From Octopus sinensis (lineage: Eukaryota), in contig NW_021834439.1 of assembly GCF_006345805.1 (NCBI RefSeq), positions 1 to 48,486 of the forward strand: a stretch of DNA of 48,486 nucleotides, in the 5' to 3' direction. This document shows positions 36,990-48,486 of the stretch, in pieces (positions within the stretch are counted from its first letter, which is position 1; every line of letters starts with the position of its first letter). The notes beneath the pieces were generated by a model, which worked only from the letters and a program-made list of their open reading frames with translations, was not told the DNA's origin and searched no databases. Both the position numbers and the translations under genes were made by a program.

Positions 36990-37500
36990 TATATAATATA
37001 TATGTATACATACACCCATATATATACGTGTGTGTGTGTGTGTGTGTGTGTGTTTGTGTCTGTGTGTATGTTCGTTTATTACTGAAACAAATAAAAGATA
37101 TACGTCAATATATATATACATACACACACATACATATATACATATACATATATATGTATATATATATATACATATATATATACATACACACACATACATA
37201 TATACATATACATATATATGTATATATATATATACATTCATACAATCCATACATACACACACCCGTATATGTGAGTGTGCAACCTACGGTTTTCAAGATA
37301 ATATCTGAGTTTGTTTTTAAATGTGTTTTTTTTTTTCCACTCGCAAGGAATATCGTTTCAATGGCGCTGCTTGGTGAGCGTGTGTCTATGTGTGTGTGTG
37401 TGTGTGCGACAGTGGCTGCTTGCGCGTGCGTGCGTGCGAGCTTGCGTCCGAGTGTGTGTGTGTATGTGTGTGTGTGTGGGTGGGTGTGTGTGTGTACGCG
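36990..37500. repeat. (TA)/(TG)/(TACA) microsatellites
   Basis: Direct reading. Confidence 0.9.
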
Positions 37501-37984
37501 CGTGCGAAAGTGGTTCGTGAATGGTGTTGTATTTATCATTCTTGTGTTTGGGTGACGGGGAGGAGGACATGAGCCTGATGACGCAAATGGCTGTTGGGTG
37601 AGGTGGGCGTGGGGGGAGGGAAGCAGTGCGTGGATAAGTACGGCGGAACGTATTACTGAAATATCAATAAAGTGAAATTTATGAATGAACAAATGGACGA
37701 AGGACAAAAAATCAATCAATGAATGAAATTAATGAATGGAATAAAGCAATCGCAGAGTAACACGTCAGTTTCACTATAGTTTAGAAGTGTGAGAAAGACA
37801 GATCGATTAACTGGTCAATATATAAATATATAGGCGTGAGCGTATATGCGTGCAAGCTTGTGGGAATATGTGTGTATAATATATGTATATACATACGCAC
37901 ATATACATATATATATATACATACATATATATACATACACACACAGACAGACAGACACACACACACATATATATGTTTTTATAC

Positions 37985-38197
37985 TTTTATTCTCTTACTT
38001 GTTTCAGTCAGTTGACTGCGGCCATCCTGGAGCACCACCTTTAGTCGAGCAGATCGACCCCAGGACTTAATCTTTGTAAGCCTGGTGCTTATTCTGTCGG
38101 TCTTTTAGGCCGAACCGCTAAGTTGCGGTCCCGTAAACGCACCAGCATCGGTTGCCAAGCGATGTTGGGGGGACGGGGAACAAATACAGATACACAA

Positions 38198-38252
<55 letters not shown>

Positions 38253-38415
38253 CGACGGGCTTCTTTCAGTTTCTGTTTTCCAAATCCACTCACAAAGCCT
38301 CGGTCACCTTGAGGCTATAGTAGAAGACACTTGCCCAAAGTGTCACGGAGTGGGATTGAACCTGGAACCATGTGTTTAGAAAGCAAGCTACTTACAACAC
38401 AACCACTCCTGGGCC
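37985..38415 (-). mobile_element. SINE family A, full length
   Basis: Complete alignment; internal (CA)n(TA)n ~38195-38252. Confidence 0.9.
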
Positions 38416-38453
38416 TATATACATACATACACACACACACACACGCATGCACG

Positions 38454-38493
<40 letters not shown>

Positions 38494-38637
38494 CATACAT
38501 ACACACACATATAGATATATGTATGTATATATGTATACACACAGAATACACAAATATAAACATATAGAGACAGAATATCATATACATGCATTTATCAGAT
38601 GCGTTTATATATTTGATTGTACTTATATATATATATG

Positions 38638-38889
38638 CTTTTCTTGTTTCAGTCGTTAGAATGCGACCATGCTGGGGTACCAGTAATTATCTTTTTATAA
38701 CCTGGCACTTAAGCTACCGTCCCTTTTGTCGCTAAGTTACGGGAACACAGTTGTGAAGGGGTGCTTGGGAACAAACACAGTCACACGAGCACACAGATGT
38801 AAACACACCAACATCGGTTGTCAAGCGGTTGTGTCGCGGGGGTGGGTGGGCACAAACACGCAAACACACACACGCACACACACATACAG

Positions 38890-38946
<57 letters not shown>

Positions 38947-39108
38947 CATAAGCTTCTTTCAGTTTCCATTTACTTAATCTACTCAGACAACTTTGGTGGG
39001 AGCCGAGGCTATAGCATAATACACTAGTCCAGTGTGCCACGGAATGGGATTGAACCCGGGACCAGTTGATTAGGGAGCGAATTTCTTGGAACACAGCCAC
39101 ACCTGCGA
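38638..39108 (-). mobile_element. SINE family A, diverged and internally rearranged
   Basis: Head and tail match; extra segment ~38746-38797 resembling the cca..gggacaaacacag part; shortened tail domain. Confidence 0.8.
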
Positions 39109-39109
39109 C

Positions 39110-39362
39110 TATATATGCACACACACACACACGCACACACACACATATATATATGTGTGTGTGCGTGTGTGCATATGTGTGTGCATGTGTGCACTAATAT
39201 ATATATGCATGTGGGTACGTGTGTATATATCTATGTGTGTGTGTATATGACATACGTACACACACAAGAAACAACGCCAGGGATATAACGAAGCACAACA
39301 GCAGACAGAGAGAGAGAGATAGGCAGACAGAAAGAGAGACCAGTTGACAGACACATAGACGG

Positions 39363-39443
<81 letters not shown>

Positions 39444-40348
39444 TTAGCGGGTGGAGAGGTATTCAGTGGTAGACGGGACATAGTAAAGAGAGGGGAAATG
39501 GATTAGATGTCGATGTTTCAATCCTTGTAGTTGTTAATGCCGCAGTTAAACGTAACACCGACGAAAGGCATTCCAGCCGCGACCACGCCGCCGTTTTACT
39601 ATGCAGTGCAAACCCACGACAACAACATCCGACGTTTTCTTTTCTAAGCTAAGTGGTATGGTAAGAATTTGGCTGTTATTTCTAACATGTCGAGCGACTT
39701 CATAGAAACACAGGCAGCGAGAGAGAGTGAGGGCGAGGAAGAGAGAGAGAGAGAGTTAGAAGGACACAGAGTTTGTGAGGGAAGGGAGAAAGCGAGAGGG
39801 AGGTGGGGCTCCTTAGTCAAACTGTCACACACGCACACACGCGCGCGCAGAACCAGTCTGCAATCAGATACGGATTGGAGTGGAAACGGAAACGGTTTTA
39901 GGAAGACAGAGGGGGCGAGAAAGAAGAATGATAGTAGGCAGAGAAAGAAGGGAGAGACAGAAAGAAAGAGAGAGAGAAGAGAGAAAGAGAGACAGAGACA
40001 GACAGAGAAAGAGATGGATAGAGAGAGAGCGAGTGAGGGAAGTAAAGTTTGGAACTGATATATTGACAATAAAACGGAAAGAGATAGAGATAGACAGACA
40101 GATAGATAAATAGATAGATAGATAGATAGATAGTGAGAAGGAAGGAGACAGAGAGAGAGTTTGTGTGTCTGTGTGTAAGAGAGGAAAGAAAATGGAATGG
40201 AACTTGACGAAAATATTTTTGTTAGACTATACGTAGATACGAACACATACAGAGACATACACAGACAATCGCACAAACACACACACACGTACGCAGGAAA
40301 AATACACACACACACACATGTGACAACTTGTATATGTACAATACAAAA

Positions 40349-40381
<33 letters not shown>

Positions 40382-40433
40382 TGTATGTATGTATGTATGT
40401 ATGTATGTGTATGTATGTATGTATATATATATA
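39110..40433. repeat. Compound microsatellite field (CA, TG, GATA, GA, TATG)
   Basis: Direct reading; includes short unique spacers. Confidence 0.85.
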
Positions 40434-40434
40434 T

Positions 40435-40817
40435 AGGAGTGGCTGTGTGGTTAGTAGCTTGCTTACGAACTACATGGTTCTGGGTTCAGTCCCACTGCGT
40501 GGCACCTTCGGCAAGTGTCTTCTACTATAGCCTCGGGCCGACCAAAGCCTTGTGAGTGGATTTGGTAGACGCAAACTGAAAGAAGTCTGTTGTATATATG
40601 TATATATTTATATATGTGTGTGCGTGTATGTTTGTGTGTCTGTGTTTGTCCCCCTAGCATTGCTTGACAACCGATGCTCTGTGTGTTTATGTCCCCGCCA
40701 CTTAGCGGTTCGGCAAAAGTGACCGATAGAATAAGTACTGGGCTTACAAAGAATAAGTGCTGGGGTCGAGTTGCTCCAGCATGGCCACAGTCAAATGACT
40801 GAAACAAGTAAAAAGAC
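40435..40817 (+). mobile_element. SINE family A, near full length
   Basis: Head ggagtggctgtgtgg directly after (TA)n; small deletion at ggggtcgag|ttgctccagc. Confidence 0.9.
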
Positions 40818-40819
40818 AA

Positions 40820-40854
<35 letters not shown>

Positions 40855-40999
40855 TGTGTGTGTGTGTGTGTGTGTGTGTAGACGTGTATAAGTAAACTTA
40901 CATAAATAAACACACTGGCAGATACAAGCGCATAGTTATATATTCATACACATACACACGAAAGCAACACGTGTGAAAAACAAACGGTGCAAATAAGCC

Positions 41000-43295
<2,296 letters not shown>

Positions 43296-43966
43296 CCGAC
43301 TATCCCCAAATAACAAGAGTTTACAAATGTCCCACAAATCACAGTTCCGCCTACAATCTCCAGCACATAAACACGCAAGCCTCCTACGCACATTTATGTC
43401 GGCATAAATTGCATACATTAAGTCATGCACACACATATACACACAGATAGAAAAATAAAGAAAAAAAAAAAACTATTAAACGAACAGGTATCGAACAAAT
43501 TGTTATTTTCAGAATAAAAAAGAAAAGAAAAAAATGTGATCAACCAGGAAGAAAAGCTACAACACTGCACAGCATTAAAAGATCAGGGGAGATTGACCTG
43601 CGTAAAACGAATTATTACAGTGCGAAAAGGAAATACGAACTCTGCAGTGTCTAAAGACGTTAACAAGTTTTATAATAACGAGTGCTGTATGAATGCCGCG
43701 AACTCTTTAAAGCTTTCTCTCGTGTCCTGTGTTAAGGAATTGACAAAGTGTGCTGCGGTATTTAGTTATGGTTCCTTTTAATGTTCTGAATTTAATCCCT
43801 CTAGGGCTGATTTTAAAAAAAAAAAAAACTTTTACCTTTAATCTTTTCGAAATCGATAAATCAATACCGTTGGAAAAATGAGATCGATAAAAATAAATGT
43901 TCTCCCCATTACGCCAACTTTGTGGTCTTCGAGGAAGCTACTCAGTCTTCATCGATTTTACTTTAC

Positions 43967-44120
43967 CAAAATTAACAATGAAACAATGAAGTATTCCACA
44001 AATGACACGGACGGCTAGACTTCGTTGTGTTTCTTGTAATTTGTTATGGGAGACATTTAAAAGTGTAGTCCTCGAGTCACTCTTCCTGAGGGTTACATTG
44101 TAGCAGATATTAGCATAGTA
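43967..44120 (-). CDS. Candidate exon, unidentified
   Basis: Acceptor tattgttgcag|TAC, donor TTTG|GTAAAG, one open frame YYANICYNVTLRKSDSRTTLLNVSHNKLQETQRSLAVRVICGILHCFIVNF. Confidence 0.25.
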
Positions 44121-44735
44121 CTGCAACAATAGTACCGACCTAAGACTAATCTACAACAACATTGACATTTCTATGACTTTGTGCCAATGTTAAGAATCAC
44201 CCAAGACGATAGGTAAAACGGAGCGTTAGAAGGTCGGACAAAATAACCAATGGCAGGTATATCAAGCTGCAGAGTCCCTAGGGGCCACATTACTCATATA
44301 TATATTGCTATTCTGAGCCCATATCTAAACACACACATACAACAAAGATTTCCGTTATATCCATCCTTTATTATCAAGTAAAGATCTTTTAAAACCTTTC
44401 ATTTATTCATCAATAATTCTGTTTATACTGAAATATCATTAATTATTTGTTATTAAATCCTTTTTGGATTCCCCATTTTCAACCCTCTAGCTACGTCGTT
44501 CGCGGGCCTCACAAGCTTTTGAAACGATCCACGTTTAGCTCGCAGGTCGCAGATTTGACATGCTTTCATTATGGTATCTATCCCGGCTAATTTTTGCTGT
44601 CAAACTGAATTTGTTGGTAATTTTCCGAAGATCAATATAATAAAGTAACCAAAAACTCCTGGAGCTGATTTAATCGATTGTTCCCTCGCAAAAAAATTTG
44701 GTCTTCTGCTCATATTAGGATCTATTACTCGTATT

Positions 44736-44969
44736 TTTAATTTTATCTTAATTGCCCACAAGGGGGTATTGAGGGGACAAACAAAGACAGACAAAGGGTT
44801 TAAGTCGACTGCATCGACCTCAGTGCGTAACTGGTACTTTTTTAATCGACCCCGAAAGGATGAAAGGCAAAGTCGACCTCGGCAAAATTTGAACTCAGAA
44901 CGTAGCGGCAGACGGAATACTACTAAGCATTTCGCCCGGCGTGCTAACGTTTCTGCCAGCTCGCCGCCC
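44736..44969 (-). mobile_element. SINE family B monomer, long tail
   Basis: 15-bp TSD tctattactcgtatt at 44721-44735 and 44972-44986. Confidence 0.9.
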
Positions 44970-45020
44970 TGTCTATTACTCGTATTACTAAAAAAAAAAA
45001 TTAAAAAAAGAGAAGAATTG

Positions 45021-45219
45021 GGAGCTAGCAAAATTGTTAGGACACCGGGCAAAATGTTCAGTGGCATTTCGTCCGTATTTACATTCTGAGTTCAAATTTC
45101 GCCGAAGTCGACTTTACCTTCCCGAGTCGATAAAATAAGTACCAGTGGGACACTGGTGTCGATGTAATCGACTTAGCCTCTCCCCCTAAATTGCCGGCCG
45201 TGAGCCGAAATTGGAAACC
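45021..45219 (+). mobile_element. SINE family B, diverged, short tail
   Basis: B box gagttcaaatttc, central domain partly deleted, gtcgatgtaatcgac hairpin. Confidence 0.8.
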
Positions 45220-45379
45220 ATTATTATAGAAACCAAGGTGCATGGCTTCGTCTTTAGGTTTTTTTCGGCTCATAATGATATGGCCGAGGGTTCAATTTCT
45301 AGATATGGTAGCTCGCTGTTTTCTAAACTAAGACAATTCATTTCCTGCTGCAAATGAGTGCCAGTCGCCTGTTGATGCA

Positions 45380-45432
45380 CCCCTTCCCCTAACACCGTCC
45401 CCTCCTTCCCCCTAACACCGCCCCTCACTCCC
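45380..45432 (-). other. G-quadruplex-forming sequence
   Basis: Six C-runs of 3 or more on plus, built on a duplicated cccctaacaccg. Confidence 0.6.
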
Positions 45433-45998
45433 TTCAGCCGTTATCTTCTGAATGCGTCGTTCGATCAAAGTTATGCAGACGGAGAGGTTACCCATATCTG
45501 CCCGCCGCTGCGGACGGATCTAAAATATCTAGCGAAATCCTGGCTCACGTTAACAAAGCCATATTCATTCAATGTGACGGTTTATCACAGAATTGAAAGA
45601 CCACAAAATATCTCCTCCATACGGTAGTTTAATACGTATGTTTATATTCTGAGTTCGCACCTCTGCCTAGTTGGGCTTAAATTTTATCTTTTCAGGGTCA
45701 ACATCCTAGATTTCTTTTTTTAAATTTCAAATACTACATGTGAAAAGTGAGTGAATCTATTTTGTTTATCTGAGCTTGACTAACCACAACAAATATCATA
45801 AAAGCTTTTTTGCCGAGCTCTTACGATTCTGCCAAATTATCATTGGCCGAGGGCCATATATTTTTCAGTAGCATCGTATCGGAAACAATATTTTGTTTTA
45901 TATTACATTTGGTAAAAATCTAGGAATGCAAGGCAATATCGGTTTCAGTGCCTTTATGAATTCACAAAGACGATCTACTGAATTTGTTACCCTCTCTC

Positions 45999-46395
45999 TC
46001 TTTTACTCATTTACTTGTTTCAGTCATTTGACTGTGGCCATGCTGGAGAACCGCCCTTAGTCGAGCAGATTTACCCCAGGACTTATTCTTTGTAAGCCTA
46101 GTACTTATTCTGTCGGTCTCTTTTGTTGAACCTTTAAGTTACGGGCACGTAAACATACAAGCATCGGTTGTCAAGCGATGTTGGGGGGGGGGGACAAACA
46201 CAGACACACAAACATATATATACACACACATACGACGGGCTTCTTTCAGTTTCTCTCTACCAAATCCACTCACAAGGCTTTGGTTGGCCCAAGGCTATAT
46301 TAGAAGACACTTGCTCAAGGTACCACGCAGTGGGACTGAACCCGGAACCATGTGGTTGGTAAGCAAACTACTTACCACACAGCCACTCCTACGCC
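45999..46395 (-). mobile_element. SINE family A, full length
   Basis: Complete alignment; tandem tail ttttactcatttacttg. Confidence 0.95.
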
Positions 46396-46699
46396 TTTAT
46401 TTATATTGTGTCAAACTCAATTATTTCAGACTGTATCATAGGGCCACACATTTTATAGCAATGTTCACTAACATAAAATACTACAGTTCTCTATTTTATA
46501 AATGCAGTGAAATTACGGTTCTTCTGAAGTAAAGAAAACGTTCGAGATATCGACATAATAAACACAAGATCCTGAAAAATCTGCTAAGATTAAGATAGAT
46601 ATGAAATAGACCCAGGTTTGACGTAAAGCGACTGCCTCATTTCAAATATTTTTTATTAATTTTAGTTAAGCATTATCAGTATGCAGCACGCATAATCGA

Positions 46700-46815
46700 A
46701 AGATTATGTTTTCGGTTCCCGGATCGGACGATGCATGTTGAACTCTTGAACAAAGAATTTCATATCATATTGCTCCAGTGAGGATGTAGCTCCAGTTTAT
46801 TCAGCTGGCAAAAGG
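46700..46815 (+). mobile_element. Degenerate family F SINE fragment
   Basis: ggttcccggatcggacgatgcatgttg...ttcagctggcaaaa resembles 10141-10210. Confidence 0.4.
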
Positions 46816-47123
46816 AAGGAATCATGCGACGGACCGGCGACCTGTTTACGGTGAATATATATACCACAGTATCCGGGAAACTGGTCTTATTATCTTATGG
46901 CTTCAAAGGGACCTCTAGCCCTTTCTTTGCTTAATTTTCTAGCGGATTCGAAACCGAATCACTGGATAGCCGACTTGCCATGACGACCAAACCAACCACT
47001 GTAGTTTCATGCGATAGGTCGATTAACCGATCAATCAGCATCAAGCCATCGCGTAATTCGACTTTATAGAACTTTCTCGTGCAGTCCTATATAAAGGTGG
47101 ATTTTGGCGGTAACCTCAGAATG

Positions 47124-47165
<42 letters not shown>

Positions 47166-47285
47166 GTGTGTGTGTAGACGTGTATAAGTAAACTTACATA
47201 AACACACTGGCAGATACAAGCGCATAGTGTGTTTCCATTCACATCTCATCACTGATTTTGTCGCTATTAATATAGCGCTGTTATT

Positions 47286-47486
47286 TGGCAGAAACGTTGG
47301 TATGCTGTGCAAAATGTTTAGTAGCATTTCATCTGTCTTTACGTTCTAAGTTCCAATCCCACCTGGGTCGACTTTACCCTCCATCTTTCTGGGTTCGCTA
47401 AAATAAGTACCAGTTACGCACTGGGGTCGATGTAATTGACTATCTCCTACCCAAATCTCATACCTTGTGTCAATAGTAGAAAGTAT
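47286..47486 (+). mobile_element. SINE family B, diverged, short tail
   Basis: tggcagaaacgtt head, aagtaccagttacgcactggggtcgatgtaat, tail ccttgtgtcaatagtagaaag. Confidence 0.85.
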
Positions 47487-47651
47487 TGTATTGCAGTTGT
47501 GATGGGCCAACCACAGATTGTCGATGTTAATTTTTGTCAGAAGATCAACACAGAAATCAGTATGTATAGTAGATAAGGCTTTTGTTAATTGTTCATGAGT
47601 GTCTTTAATTACATCTACGCACAGCCCTAGCAAATCATTTTCATTCACCAG

Positions 47652-47740
47652 TAGCTACCGTGACTACCACAACGGCAACAACACCCACGACAGTTTCATT
47701 ATTCAATATTTGAACGATTGGTTATTTTTATACTCGCAAG
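47652..47740 (+). CDS. Candidate 89-bp exon, unidentified
   Basis: Acceptor tcattttcattcaccag|T, donor GCAAG|GTAGGT, one open frame SYRDYHNGNNTHDSFIIQYLNDWLFLYSQ. Confidence 0.3.
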
Positions 47741-48486
47741 GTAGGTACTCGTCAACCCACGACTGATACGTTGCGCTGTAAAGAAATGAACCCGGAATTT
47801 AAAACATGCGAAGTGAGTCACATAAGCCCAAAACAATGCCTGCACCTACTGAGAATGTAATCATTAGAGTAAAAAATAAAGAAGAGAAAGACGAGATAGT
47901 CATGCCTGGAATAACTTTGATAGTATGTCTGACGTATATGCGTTGACCAGGGGCTAGGAAGCGAGAACAGTTGCTACCACACCTAAAACAGCGATACGTA
48001 CATTAGCCAAAATAACCATGTTTGGTTGTGGGACTTTTGTTGTTGATTAGTCCCAAGCTAGTCATGATCAACCAGATCTGTAATGAAGACGCTACATTCG
48101 TGGCCACCCAATCCTTTAATTTTCATTTAAAAGCATTGAGCACATTATTCTCCAACGTTCATTTTCTTTATTAAGCTATAACAGAATGTAGTCATATTAA
48201 GATGTGAAGGTCTGTTCAGTCAGAGTTGTCCTAGTGTTAAATAGCCACAGGAATTGAAAGAATGCAATGGCCAGAGAAACATTGGCAAGAACAACAATCA
48301 GAAATATAGATAGTACCATAAAAAACCCGCGTCAGAACAAACAACATCGTGAACATTCCACATTCCCATAAAAAACGGTGACTGCTGCAAACGTCAGCTA
48401 CATTACGGTATCTCTACACCTATAAAACTCTAAGACTTAGATTGAAAAAAAAAACAGTAACAAAGATGATGGTGACAAAGGTGATG

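Noticed and set aside
43513-43651. Plus-strand acceptor ttttcag followed by a 46-codon basic frame
   Set aside because: Low-complexity A-rich start, no homology cue, no supporting upstream exon.

Overview
Eukaryotic, AT-rich, intronic or intergenic DNA. The SINE families and very dense TA/GATA/TAA microsatellites point to an octopus (cephalopod) genome; this is inferred, not database-checked. I found no intact protein-coding gene, and almost all ORFs in the track are translations of simple repeats. Contents: about 11 copies of a tRNA/CORE-type SINE with an internal microsatellite (family A), about 10 insertions of a second tRNA-SINE (family B, three of them head-to-tail multimers bounded by single TSDs), two further SINEs, hAT and Tigger-like MITEs, a long-TIR foldback element, the 3' end of an R4/Dong-clade LINE, and a few unverified candidate exons. 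The main findings are two different hammerhead-ribozyme-bearing retroelements. (1) A 5'-inverted Penelope-like remnant at 23.8-24.45 kb whose terminal repeat carries a tRNA-type Pol III promoter upstream of a minimal, dimer-dependent hammerhead. (2) A ~210 bp non-coding element at 9.9 and 35.4 kb that begins exactly at a type I hammerhead motif. All folds were worked out by eye and ribozyme activity is untested.
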